The translations under genes and the position numbers were made by a program. The notes below the pieces were generated by a model. The model did not search any database. It was not told the origin of the DNA and was given only the letters and a program-made list of their open reading frames with translations. Below, piece after piece: positions 1 through 9,822 of a stretch of DNA of 64,000 nucleotides (the first letter of the stretch is position 1; the number at the start of each line of letters is the position of its first letter). Source of the stretch: an uncultured Chlamydiae bacterium (GTDB lineage Bacteria; Chlamydiota; Chlamydiia; Chlamydiales; JAJFMA01); NCBI GenBank assembly GCA_963713615.1, contig CAVQMM010000001.1:192001-256000 (forward strand). Direction: 5' to 3'.

Positions 1-389
1 TTACGAGCGTGATCCAGGACGAAAAGTGGCTGCAGGAGGAATTTATCCCAAGAGTACAAAAAAGAGGTGCTGAGGTACTCAAAGCCCGTGGTAAATCATC
101 GGCGGCTTCTGCTGCTTGTGCCGCCATCGACGCCGTACGATCGTTAGTGACTTCTACGCCACCGGGGCAGTGGTTCTCTTCTGCGGTGTGCTCTGACGAT
201 AATCCTTATGGAATTGAGCAAGATTTGATATTTTCTTTTCCATGTCGCTCTAAGGGTGATGGTAGTTATGAAGTGATTTCTGACCTGCCGTGGAATGATT
301 TTTTGACGCAAAGAATCAAGGAAAGCCAACGCGAGTTATTGGAAGAAAAGAGCCTTTTCCTTGAATCAGTAAAGAGTAATGGAGGATGA
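1..389 (+). CDS. mdh: Malate dehydrogenase, C-terminal part (truncated by window start)
   Basis: VQKRGAEVLKARGKSSAASAA and NPYGIEQDLIFSFPC are typical of the MDH type-2 C-terminus; adjacent to citrate synthase. Confidence 0.93.
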   Translation, partial: TSVIQDEKWLQEEFIPRVQKRGAEVLKARGKSSAASAACAAIDAVRSLVTSTPPGQWFSSAVCSDDNPYGIEQDLIFSFPCRSKGDGSYEVISDLPWNDFLTQRIKESQRELLEEKSLFLESVKSNGG

Positions 390-1546
390 TCATGTCCGAT
401 GTATTATTTGAGGTGACCCAGGAAAATCTGGAAACAGGCATGCGCGGTTACCCCGTGGGGTATTGTGTCACGTCGTCTGTTGATCCGGACCTCGGTCTTT
501 TCTATGTGGGCAGGGCATTGAGCGAACTTTCCAGCTGGCGGCCTGAAGAAGTGATCTACCTTCTCTATCATGGCCGCGAGGGCTCTAAGGAGGAAGTGGC
601 AGCTTTTTCCAAGGATCTATCGACGCGAGCGCATTGCTCTTCGGAGACTATTGAGCATATCCGCAAACTACCCAGGGCCGGGCATCCGATGAAACTATTC
701 TGTGCGGCCCTACTTATTCTTGGCATGTTTGAGGGACGCGATGACTATCGAGAAGACTGCCTAAATGTCATTGCCAAAATGCCTGAGCTTGCCGCGACAG
801 TCATTAATCACCATGCAGGTTGGGGAGGGACTAAGCCCTCTAAACCTGAACTAGGCTACATTGAGAATTTTTCACAAATGCTCAATGTTCCTAATGCGAA
901 TCTGGATGCCCTGACAGAGGTTTTTACCCTATTTAACGTTCTCCACTACGACCATGGTGGTGGCAATCTATCTTGTTTTGTGGGTAAGGCAGCGGCTTCG
1001 GGTTTAGAGGACATGTATGGTTCGCTATGTGCTGCCATGGCGGCGTTAGCGGGTCCGCGCCACGGTAGAGCCAACCAAGACTGCTTGGCCTTTGTTAAAG
1101 AAGTGCACAAGGAGCTCGGAGACAATGCCACCGAAGCACAAGTGGAGGCGTTGATTCGCGCACGACTAGCTGGCGATGACCTTATCTTTGGCTTTGGCCA
1201 TGCTGTTTTGAGAGTAGAGGACCCACGCGCTACTGTGTTATTTCGCGTGGCTCACGAACACTATCCTAATCATCCCCTGGTGAAGATTGCCACTTTGTTG
1301 CGGTCGGCCGGTGAGAAGGTCCTGAGCGAAAATCCAAAAATAAAGGACCCACACGTTAATGTGGATGCTATATCTGGAACCGTGCTTTCGGCTGCTGGCT
1401 TTCCCTATCCTGAGTATTTTACGGTATTATTTGCCCTATCGCGCTGCGTAGGCATTTCCATACAGGTAGTCTATGAGCGTCTTATTGCACGTGGGGGCAA
1501 GGGAACGCCAATAGTGCGACCCAAATACCTCTTTAAAAGCCTATGA
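386..1546 (+). CDS. gltA: Citrate synthase
   Basis: DHGGGN, GPRHG, GFGHAV and NVD catalytic motifs. Confidence 0.93.
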   Translation: MIMSDVLFEVTQENLETGMRGYPVGYCVTSSVDPDLGLFYVGRALSELSSWRPEEVIYLLYHGREGSKEEVAAFSKDLSTRAHCSSETIEHIRKLPRAGHPMKLFCAALLILGMFEGRDDYREDCLNVIAKMPELAATVINHHAGWGGTKPSKPELGYIENFSQMLNVPNANLDALTEVFTLFNVLHYDHGGGNLSCFVGKAAASGLEDMYGSLCAAMAALAGPRHGRANQDCLAFVKEVHKELGDNATEAQVEALIRARLAGDDLIFGFGHAVLRVEDPRATVLFRVAHEHYPNHPLVKIATLLRSAGEKVLSENPKIKDPHVNVDAISGTVLSAAGFPYPEYFTVLFALSRCVGISIQVVYERLIARGGKGTPIVRPKYLFKSL

Positions 1547-1559
1547 ACAAGCGAGATTA

Positions 1560-2393
1560 ATGATGACCTGGGACGAACTTCACCGTATCACCAACCGTTC
1601 AGCAGAGCTAGTCCTGGACTGGAAGAAATTGCTGTTTACCTTCTGCATGCTGTTGCTAGGGGGATGGATCATCCTTGCCTGTCGTACGTTAGCGATAAAT
1701 GCGGGGAGTTGGGCGGCTCTTTGTCTGACTTTTCTACCCATTTTTGTCACTATAGGCCTTCTCATGGGTGGCGGTGTGATCTTAACACGCGTGTATCACG
1801 ATCAGGTTAAGCAACGGCCTGTTGATTATTCTCAGGTTGCTATGGGTTCTTGGCAGATTATCGTTACTGCCTTTTCCCTCAACATGCTCATCTTGTTTGG
1901 CTTTGTTGTCCTATGGATGGCCTTGGGGATTTTTCACCTATTTATAGCAGTGCCGTTGTTAGGTCCCTTGTTTTCTGTCATTCTCGCCTTTGGCCCCTTC
2001 TTGCTCTATGTTACAGCGTTGATACTGGTTATTGGTGCTATATGCATGACTTTTTTTGTTACTCCCATACTCGCTTTAAGGGCAGCAAGAAAGGGTAAGA
2101 TTTCACAAACTATCCGAGAGCGCCTCAAAGCCGATATTTTCTCGAATACGGTTCAGGTTGTTATTGCTCTTTTGCCACTGCTTTTGTCATTGAGTTTAGG
2201 GCTTGCTGCGGGTTGTTTTGCTAAATATGCTGGATTCATTAGTCCTAACCCTTTTCATGCATCCATGCAGTGGTTTTTTATCTTGATACCATTTATGGCC
2301 CTAGTGACCCCAGCAACCGTGTTCTTTTTCAACTTAGCTTTTGAGGCGCATGTCCTAGCTCAGACCCGATTAAGGGAAAATGATCATGGATAA
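1560..2393 (+). CDS. Multi-pass membrane protein, unknown function
   Basis: 277-aa ORF with 6-7 hydrophobic segments, co-oriented with gltA. Confidence 0.75.
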   Translation: MMTWDELHRITNRSAELVLDWKKLLFTFCMLLLGGWIILACRTLAINAGSWAALCLTFLPIFVTIGLLMGGGVILTRVYHDQVKQRPVDYSQVAMGSWQIIVTAFSLNMLILFGFVVLWMALGIFHLFIAVPLLGPLFSVILAFGPFLLYVTALILVIGAICMTFFVTPILALRAARKGKISQTIRERLKADIFSNTVQVVIALLPLLLSLSLGLAAGCFAKYAGFISPNPFHASMQWFFILIPFMALVTPATVFFFNLAFEAHVLAQTRLRENDHG

Positions 2394-2475
2394 GCGCCTA
2401 ACATCGTTTAGAGCAGATAGTGATATGGCTTGAGGTATATACCACGCGTGCGTAGGCATACCTTAATTCGGAAAT

Positions 2476-3858
2476 TTGAGTGGACAAGGAGATCCTCCTA
2501 TGGCCCCTGCAGCTTCGTTAGATGAGCGCCTCCGCCAAGAGGTTAGAGGTCTTATTTTTAGAAATGCCTATGTCGGCATCGCCGGTGGTTGCCTAGCGTT
2601 GGTTGGCTTAGCGTTGGTTGATTGGGATTTTGATATCAATGGACAAGGTCACCGTTGGGTATTGGCTCTTTTCATCTGCCTAATGGGTAGATGGGCGGCT
2701 GTGATGCTCGAACGTCATCAGCAAGGGCGTCCCTTTTCCGAACAATCGAGTTTCCCTTTCCGTCTGTATTACACCTGCTCGGTCCTCGAAGGGCTGACGT
2801 GGGGGGCTTCGATGTTTGTGTTTTTTCCAGAAAATTTACTGAACCAAGCCTTTTTGATGATCGTGCTAATTGCCCTGGCCATTGGAGGATTAGCCGTTTT
2901 CTCGGGTTCGGCGTCTCTCAGTGGCATTTATGCTGCCTCCATTATTGGGGGTGCCTTTTTGAAGCTTGTCGGCATGGAGAGTGAGGTCTATGGAACCTTG
3001 GCAGCGCTCACTCCTGTTCTCCTGACCGTCGTGTTGGTGATCGCGCATAGGATGAATGGTCTATTCTTGAAACTCATGACGGTCAGCTTCAGAAATGAAC
3101 AATTAGCTATGGTGGAAGCGGCTTCCAAGCTAAGCATTATCGATTACAGCGAGAAGCTATCTGCTAAGTCCAAAGAGGTGGAGCGCGTTACCAAACGTTT
3201 ACGCAAGTTGGTGACGGTTCTATCTAGCGACTTGCGTGCACAACTTGTCACCGTCTGTCAGCTATCGCGTCTTTTAGGTCAGAGTGAGCGCTCGGATGCA
3301 GACAACCAGTTTGTTGTGACTACTCTTCAACAGTCCGCTGAAGGTGGTCTAAAGTTAGTTGAGGACCTACTTCACGTGACAAGTCCCGAATCTTCAGCCT
3401 TGCAAGTGGATCTCAGAGAATATCAGCTTCAGGAAATGGTTGAAAATGTCATGAAAAATGCCCAGGAGACAGCACGAATAAAAGAGGTTAGCCTTCATAG
3501 TGCGGTGGATGACCAACGGCCTGTAGCTGCAGATCCTGCGCGCATTGAAGAGGTGCTATCCAACCTAATAGATAACGCCATTGCAGTCACTCCTAGCAAG
3601 GGCTCAATCACTGTCCAAACGATCCCAACTCCCAAAGGCTTGCGTTTGGAAGTGATCGATTCTGGTGAGGGCATCGATGCGACAACGATGTCAGAGCTTT
3701 TTGAGCCTCCTCAAGGGGCCCCTTCTTCTGGCTACAGCATGATCAATCTATCCCATGCTCAAAAAATTCTTAAAGCCCACGATAGCCTCATCGAAGTGAA
3801 AAATAATCCAACCAAAGGAAGCTGCTTTTCCTTTGTTCTTCCATGGGCTAACAAATAG
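2476..3858 (+). CDS. Membrane sensor histidine-kinase-like protein (H-box degenerate)
   Basis: N-terminal TM bundle; N box NLIDNAI; G1 box VIDSGEGI; C-terminal KGSCFSFVLP; H-box reads LSSDLR. Confidence 0.85.
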   Translation: MSGQGDPPMAPAASLDERLRQEVRGLIFRNAYVGIAGGCLALVGLALVDWDFDINGQGHRWVLALFICLMGRWAAVMLERHQQGRPFSEQSSFPFRLYYTCSVLEGLTWGASMFVFFPENLLNQAFLMIVLIALAIGGLAVFSGSASLSGIYAASIIGGAFLKLVGMESEVYGTLAALTPVLLTVVLVIAHRMNGLFLKLMTVSFRNEQLAMVEAASKLSIIDYSEKLSAKSKEVERVTKRLRKLVTVLSSDLRAQLVTVCQLSRLLGQSERSDADNQFVVTTLQQSAEGGLKLVEDLLHVTSPESSALQVDLREYQLQEMVENVMKNAQETARIKEVSLHSAVDDQRPVAADPARIEEVLSNLIDNAIAVTPSKGSITVQTIPTPKGLRLEVIDSGEGIDATTMSELFEPPQGAPSSGYSMINLSHAQKILKAHDSLIEVKNNPTKGSCFSFVLPWANK

Positions 3859-4038
3859 CATTCTATCGCCATTTATTATTTATCTAGGTATATTTGTAAA
3901 TATTATTACTATCCTGTAGAATTTAAATTGGGTACGTGGGGTTCTTTTAATAATATTTCACATGCAACCTCTTAAATCTTCAGGGAGCTTTGGATGGCTT
4001 GTCTAAGGGATTTAGGGGGAGTAGCAGAAGGAGGAAAA

Positions 4039-4416
4039 ATGCTTAGGTATATGGCATATGTTTATGCCGTGGTGTTTATCGTATTAGCCTTAGCAGGTTA
4101 TATGGGCTTTATGATGAAAGACGGCATGCTCATGGGTGTCTTTGCCTTAAATAGTTGGCACAACCACGTGCACTTGCTTTCAGGTGTTGTAGCCGGTATC
4201 GCCGGATTTATGGGCTCCTATTGGTCCAAACTGTACTTTCAGATTTTTGGCGTGATCTATGGCTTAGTAGCGATACTGGGAATTTTTTACGGGCATGAAA
4301 TGATCTTCGGTTTTCTGGCAAATAGCTGGGGCGATGTCGGTCTTCATGCGGTGTTATCAGCAGTTGCCCTGTATCTTGGCTTTGGTTGCTGCTCTCACTG
4401 TAAGGAAAAAATGTAA
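4039..4416 (+). CDS. Small membrane protein, DUF4383-like
   Basis: GGAGG RBS before ATG 4039; HNHVHLLSG motif; four TM segments. Confidence 0.7.
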   Translation: MLRYMAYVYAVVFIVLALAGYMGFMMKDGMLMGVFALNSWHNHVHLLSGVVAGIAGFMGSYWSKLYFQIFGVIYGLVAILGIFYGHEMIFGFLANSWGDVGLHAVLSAVALYLGFGCCSHCKEKM

Positions 4417-4479
4417 GTATAAGCGTTTTTGTAACCCGGTTGGTATACTGCACAAGGTATATTTTCTACAACCGGGTTT

Positions 4480-4887
4480 CTATTCTCCACTATCAGAAAC
4501 ACGTCTGAGTGTTTTCTTCTCTCCCTGGATACGTTTTCCTTCTAGCATTTTCTCTTGCTGCCGCCGTGTGCGTCGTTTTTTTTGCCGTCTAATTTTCTCT
4601 AAAGCATGCTGCTTGTCGGTCTTTACCTTGAGGACTCGTTCTTCAAACCGATCGCATAAGTCTCGACGAGCCAGAAAGCGATTCATTTCACGCGAACGAT
4701 TCCTCTGGCACTTGATTTCAATGCCCGACGGCAAGTGATGCAAGTAAACGCAGGAGCTTGTTTTGTTGACCTTTTGCCCACCTTTTCCGGATCCCAAAAT
4801 AAATTTTTCGACTAGGTCTTTGTCAAAAATACCTAGTTTTTCCATTCTAAGGGCTAACTGCTGCTGCTTGTCGTCGCTGACGGACAT
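4480..4887 (-). CDS. Peptidyl-tRNA hydrolase of RF-1 domain type (ArfB/YaeJ-like ribosome rescue factor)
   Basis: GSGKGGQKVNKT (GGQ motif) and a basic C-terminal tail. Confidence 0.85.
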   Translation of the reverse strand: MSVSDDKQQQLALRMEKLGIFDKDLVEKFILGSGKGGQKVNKTSSCVYLHHLPSGIEIKCQRNRSREMNRFLARRDLCDRFEERVLKVKTDKQHALEKIRRQKKRRTRRQQEKMLEGKRIQGEKKTLRRVSDSGE

Positions 4888-4965
4888 TTTTTGACCTACT
4901 TTCTCCGTAGTGTGTCAGATGGACATCTTTTCCAACAAGAGGTAGCAAAGAAGGAAAGAAGAGGA

Positions 4966-5020
4966 TTAGGAATTTTACCACAGAGAACACAGAGACGCCG
5001 AGATAGGAGAGAGAGAGGAT
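4966..5020. repeat. Single arm of the 'TAGGAATTTT..CACAGAG-ACACAGAG' repeat family
   Basis: Matches 60284-60313 and 62109-62145. Confidence 0.75.
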
Positions 5021-5041
5021 GGGATGTGAGGAATCCCCTAA

Positions 5042-5266
5042 TCAGCCACGGATAACCCCGTTACTATGCCAACTTAAGGCTAATAGCCTTGCCATTTCGG
5101 TTTCCATAGTGGCCTCTAGTGTCTTGCAGCGATTATGAAGAGGGTACTCAGGTTTATCCGCGCCCGTGTTGACTGGATCACTCCCAGCGATAGGCTTGAC
5201 CACTTCCACGGTCTCCAATTCACCTGTGTGGAAATTTTTCTCAGTGTAAAAAACGATATCCATCAT
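5042..5266 (-). CDS. Small hypothetical protein
   Basis: 74-aa ORF with AGGAG-like RBS, lying between repeat modules. Confidence 0.45.
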   Translation of the reverse strand: MMDIVFYTEKNFHTGELETVEVVKPIAGSDPVNTGADKPEYPLHNRCKTLEATMETEMARLLALSWHSNGVIRG

Positions 5267-5335
5267 AGCTCCTGGGTTAAGTAGGATTTTATCATAACCG
5301 CCTAATTTGGTGTCACCTAAAACGTTAGATGATTA

Positions 5336-5735
5336 GACGAACTGGACTCATTGAGACGATTGCAGAATTCGTTTGAGATGTCAGATGATTAATAAAGCCG
5401 TCACAATCGTGTCTCGGCGCGAAGCGCTTTGGAGTGCGCGTCGCTCGCGACCGCTTTGGATTTGGGCGAGCCTATTGAATCGCGCGCCGTTCTTTGGAGG
5501 CCTCAGACTCTCAAGGTATCCCCAGAGCGGCAAGTCACGCTTCGTATCATGCCCACTTCGCCCAAATCCAAAGCGGTCGCGAGCGACGCGCACTCCAAAG
5601 CGCTTCGCGCCGAGACGCGATTGTGAGGGTTTTAATGGCTGTTTCGGCGTCACAAGGAATTCTGCAATCGTCTCGATTGGACAAAATGGCCTTTTTGTCC
5701 ATTTCGTCCAATTAGTCCAATCAGTCCAGTTCGTC
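5336..5735. repeat. Nested palindromic repeat (three layers of inverted repeats around a REP-like doublet)
   Basis: IR pairs 5336-5348/5723-5735, 5353-5370/5657-5674 and 5401-5469/5558-5626. Confidence 0.9.
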
Positions 5736-5820
5736 CATATGCTTCGCATACCTCTTGACATTTTCAGTAACCTGGAGTCTTCTTAAATATATAGGACATT
5801 AGCAGTTTAAAGGTTAAACC

Positions 5821-6483
5821 ATGTGTTTTTCAGCAGAAGCGAGCTTCATTGGTGCCGCGGTATTGGGAACGGTGGGTTATTGTACTCTTACCGAGGTTAC
5901 CGATAAGCGACAGCTACCTCTAGCAATCATTCCCTTGCTTTTCGCCTTTCAGCAGGTTTGTGAAGGGGTGATATGGATGTTTCTCAACAACAATCTAGCG
6001 CCCAGCGCTGCTTTCTGGGTATGCACCTACGCCTACGTTTGGCTGTCATATATCATGTGGCCCACGTGGTTTTCTTTTAGCTCTTTTCTGTTGGAAAAGG
6101 TCGCTTGGCGCCGTAAGGCCTTAGCCGCTTGTATCGTTGGTGGGCTGTTCGTAAGCGGTTACGATCTCAATTACGTAATTCATAGCACCATGGATCCGCA
6201 TATCGTTCAGAACAGTGTTTACTATTTGCAGGGGAGCAAGCTGATTGGGGCGATGTACCTGGCTAGTGTCGCCTTAGCATTCTTATTTTCGTCCACTCCA
6301 TATATGTGGTTAATGGGCGCTGCAGCACCATTTTCCTTTGGGCTGAGTGCCTATCTCTACTGGAATAATTTTGCTTCGGTATGGTGTTTTGCGGCTTCTG
6401 TATTAAGTATTATCATCTTTTTTGCAATAAGGGAGGACTCCAAACAACGCGTTTTGGTACGCGATTATACCAGGCGCGGTTAG
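5821..6483 (+). CDS. Membrane protein, DUF6629-like
   Basis: MCFSAEASF start, IPLLFAFQQVCEG, SVWCF motifs. Confidence 0.7.
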   Translation: MCFSAEASFIGAAVLGTVGYCTLTEVTDKRQLPLAIIPLLFAFQQVCEGVIWMFLNNNLAPSAAFWVCTYAYVWLSYIMWPTWFSFSSFLLEKVAWRRKALAACIVGGLFVSGYDLNYVIHSTMDPHIVQNSVYYLQGSKLIGAMYLASVALAFLFSSTPYMWLMGAAAPFSFGLSAYLYWNNFASVWCFAASVLSIIIFFAIREDSKQRVLVRDYTRRG

Positions 6484-7730
6484 ATTTGACAGCCCATTGA
6501 ATTGCCGGCAATCCATCCTGTGGTCCATGCGGCCTGAAAGTTAAAGCCACCAGTGACCCCGTCGATATCTAGGATTTCGCCTGCAAAATAGAGTCTTGGA
6601 CATTTGCGGCTTTCCATAGATGTAAAGTTAACCTCTTTCAAAGCAATGCCGCCACTGGTGACGAATTCCTGCTTGTAGGTTGTTTTGCCAGCAAGTTGGT
6701 AGGTGTCTCGATAGAGACGCTGGATCAACTGATTCATTTGCGCTTTGGAGAGATCGGCCCAACGTTCTTCAGGTGAGAGATCACAAAGAAAGACCAAGCG
6801 CTGCCAAAGTTTGCGAGGCAACTCTGAAAAAGGGGAATTGGCTTGGATTGTTCGAGCACCCTGACCCTCCTTGGCTTTTGTCAAGGCTTCACGAATGTGG
6901 TTCTCTGAGCGACTTCCCAGCCAATGAATGGCCACTTCACAACGGTAATCAATCGCATGCAAAGCTCGGGCTCCCCATGCGGAAAGCTTAAGTACTGCAG
7001 GACCGCTGAAACCCCAATGCGTGATTAATAATGGACCTTCTTGCTTCAGTCTACCCATGGGCAACTCCACCAGTGCTGATTCTACCGAAACGCCTGCAAG
7101 ATCGTTTAAGGGGCTATCAGGAATGTTAAAAGTAAAGAGGGAAGGTACGGGATCAATAACCGTATGTCCTACCTGTTTGGCTAGGTCAAAACCTCCACGA
7201 GTGCCACCTGTAGCTAATAAAACTCCGGCACAATCGATCGTCTCTCCATTTGAAAGGCTTAGCTGTAACCCGGTAGCGGTCGTGTGAAGTTCCTTAACAC
7301 CACATTCGAGACGTAAGTCGACTTTTAGCCGTTGCAGCTCAGACATCAGGCAGTCTATGATCGTCTGTGAGTTATCAGTGATGGGAAACATGCGCCCATC
7401 ATCTTCAGCTTTAATAGGTACCCCTCGAGATTCGAACCACGCTATAGTATCGCGTGGCTGAAAGCGGGTGAAAGGACCACGCAGTTCGTGGTGGCCCCTG
7501 GGATAGTTTTTGACAAGCTCGGCAGGATCAAAACAGTGGTGGGTCACATTGCAGCGTCCACCTCCAGAGATGCGAACTTTGGCCAAAGGTTGGCGTGTCT
7601 TTTCCAGCAAGATGATGCGACTATTAGGATTAGCCTCAGCACAGGCTAATGCTCCAAAAAAACCAGCAGCACCACCACCGACGACTACGTATGTGTTCAT
7701 AGGATATTTCCATTTATTGACATGAGTCAT
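6480..7730 (-). CDS. NAD(P)/FAD-dependent oxidoreductase, HI0933/YhiN family
   Basis: GGGAAG, KVRISGGGRCNVT, TGGFNFQAAW. Confidence 0.92.
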   Translation of the reverse strand: MTHVNKWKYPMNTYVVVGGGAAGFFGALACAEANPNSRIILLEKTRQPLAKVRISGGGRCNVTHHCFDPAELVKNYPRGHHELRGPFTRFQPRDTIAWFESRGVPIKAEDDGRMFPITDNSQTIIDCLMSELQRLKVDLRLECGVKELHTTATGLQLSLSNGETIDCAGVLLATGGTRGGFDLAKQVGHTVIDPVPSLFTFNIPDSPLNDLAGVSVESALVELPMGRLKQEGPLLITHWGFSGPAVLKLSAWGARALHAIDYRCEVAIHWLGSRSENHIREALTKAKEGQGARTIQANSPFSELPRKLWQRLVFLCDLSPEERWADLSKAQMNQLIQRLYRDTYQLAGKTTYKQEFVTSGGIALKEVNFTSMESRKCPRLYFAGEILDIDGVTGGFNFQAAWTTGWIAGNSMGCQI

Positions 7731-7777
7731 CCATTCTGTGCTGTTTGTCGGGTGAATGTCCAGTAATTAAAATGGAT

Positions 7778-8727
7778 GGACTAAAGGACGAAAGGGACAT
7801 AAAAAGACATAAAGAGGTAATTGCAGAAGTCCGATTCTCCGAAGTCAATTTCCTGAAAATCGGATGCCGGTGAAGAGAGAGTCATTCCCTTCCCAGGCCC
7901 GAAGGGTCGATATTGCAACAGGCCATGGCATCGCCATGGTATACGCCAGGAAGGGATTTCGCAGTCTGAAGGACTGCTACAAGACGCCAGTTTACAAACA
8001 CCATTTATGCATGCGCTTTATGGCAGCCCTACAGGCTGCTAAAACCATTTTGGCATATACCATGGCGATGCCACATAGGCCTCAACCTAAGCCTAACAAT
8101 CGTATCTCGGCGCGCAGCGCTTTGGAGTGCGGTCGCTTGCGACCGCTTTGGGTTCCTTGCGACGGTCGTGTGCAACGGCATTACTATAATTCCCTAAGGG
8201 TAAAATAGTTAGTACATGCAGCCTTCGACGAATCCATACAATGCCGTTTAGCATTGCCGTCCCAAGGAACGAAAAGCGGTCGCAAGCGACCGCACTCCAA
8301 AGCGCTGCGCGCCGAGATACGATTGTGAAGTCCTAAGTCATTGAGATATAAGCTCAAAAGACCTGTTAGGTTGAGGCCTATGTGGCGATGCCATGGTATA
8401 CGCCAGGAAGGGATTTCGCAGTCTGAAGGACTGCTACAAGACGCCAGTTTACAAACACCATTTATGCATGCGCTTTATGGCAGCCCTACAGGCTGCTAAA
8501 ACCATTTTGGCATATACCATGGCGATGCCATGGCCTGTTGCAATATCGACCCTTCGGGCCTGGGAAGGGAGAAAAGCCTGTCTTTCCAGACTGGATAGTG
8601 CCATACCACTTAAGCTCTCTAGAATCGCCTTCTCACAAAAAAAAGTGATTTTTTTTCAAAGAATCGATCCATGAGAGCCCAAATACTTCTGCAATTACCT
8701 CTTTATGTCCCTTTCGTCCTTTAGTCC
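7778..8727. repeat. 950-bp multilayer nested palindrome (composite 1)
   Basis: IR pairs 7778-7803/8702-8727, 7814-7830/8685-8701, 7886-7943/8513-8570, 8074-8090/8366-8382, 8096-8149/8273-8326; two direct copies of a 148-bp module at 7926-8073 and 8383-8530. Confidence 0.95.
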
Positions 8728-8808
8728 CTTCAATCGCTTGGACCGTTAAAGGAAAAATGTGATAGGGTGGCCTTATCCGCGGATTCTCAACAGACCAAGG
8801 AGGTTATC

Positions 8809-9822
8809 ATGCCTAAGCCCACCAATCCAAAGCGTGTTCTGGTGACAGGTGGAGCCGGATATGTCGGCAGCCAAGTATGTAAACTCCTTAGTCAAGCAGG
8901 CTTCGAACCTGTAACCATTGATAATTTGTCCAAAGGAAGAAGAGAAGCCGTGCGTTGGGGACCCTTGGAAGTCGGGGATATCTGCGATCGAAGTTTTGTA
9001 TCCAGAGTCATTAAGACTTATCAGCCTATTGGTGTCCTCCACTTTGCCGCAAACACCGAAGTCGGAGAATCGGTTTTTCGACCAGATATTTTTTATGAAA
9101 ACAACGTAGTTGGAACCTTGCGCCTGCTGGAAGCTATGCAGGAGAACGGGCTCAACGTATTGGTCTTGTCAAGCACCTGCGCTACTTATGGTGACGTACA
9201 AGACATTCCAGTGAAGGAGTCCGCTCCTCAGAAGCCAATTAATCCATACGGCTGGACTAAGCTCATGTGCGAGCAGTTGCTCCGTGATTTTCGCATCGCC
9301 TACAAGCTTAGATATGTTGCCTTCCGTTATTTCAACGTAGCCGGGGCAGACCTCGACGGTGAGCTGGGCGAAGAGCACCAACCGCCTTGCCATGTCATTC
9401 CCATTATTTTTGATGCCGCTGTGGGTAGAACTCCCTATTTTTCCGTCTTTGGTACGGATTATCCGACCCCAGATGGAACAGGCATTCGCGACTACATCCA
9501 TGTGGTCGATTTGGCCGATGCTCACATCAGAGCCTTGAAGTACCTATTAGACCACGATGAGGCTCATGAGCTTAACTTGGGTTCAGAGCATGGATTTTCT
9601 GTTAAACAGCTCGTCGAAGAGACGCAAAAGATCAGTGGCAAGAAGGTCCCAGTACGTTACGTAGCACGGCGTGCTGGAGATGCTCCTTGCTTAATTGCTG
9701 ATTCGCACAAGGCCCTCGAAGTTCTAGGATGGAAGCCCACGCATTCTGATATCACGACCATCATGAGGACTGCCTGGCAGTGGCACGTAAAAACATGCCA
9801 GCAGACAACCCCTACGCATTAG
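8809..9822 (+). CDS. galE: UDP-glucose 4-epimerase
   Basis: TGGAGYVG, YGWTK (YxxxK), FRYFNVAGA, DGTGIRDYIHV. Confidence 0.95.
   Translation: MPKPTNPKRVLVTGGAGYVGSQVCKLLSQAGFEPVTIDNLSKGRREAVRWGPLEVGDICDRSFVSRVIKTYQPIGVLHFAANTEVGESVFRPDIFYENNVVGTLRLLEAMQENGLNVLVLSSTCATYGDVQDIPVKESAPQKPINPYGWTKLMCEQLLRDFRIAYKLRYVAFRYFNVAGADLDGELGEEHQPPCHVIPIIFDAAVGRTPYFSVFGTDYPTPDGTGIRDYIHVVDLADAHIRALKYLLDHDEAHELNLGSEHGFSVKQLVEETQKISGKKVPVRYVARRAGDAPCLIADSHKALEVLGWKPTHSDITTIMRTAWQWHVKTCQQTTPTH

Noticed and set aside
5373..5786. Overlapping ORFs on both strands (likewise 62108-62585, 57052-57466, 32842-33242, 14190-14733)
   Set aside because: They coincide with palindromic repeats and show no protein motifs
7864..8674. 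Repeated ORFs containing MVYARKGFRSLKDCYK (also 13854-14036)
   Set aside because: They lie wholly within the 148-bp repeat module and have different ends in each copy; most likely chance ORFs
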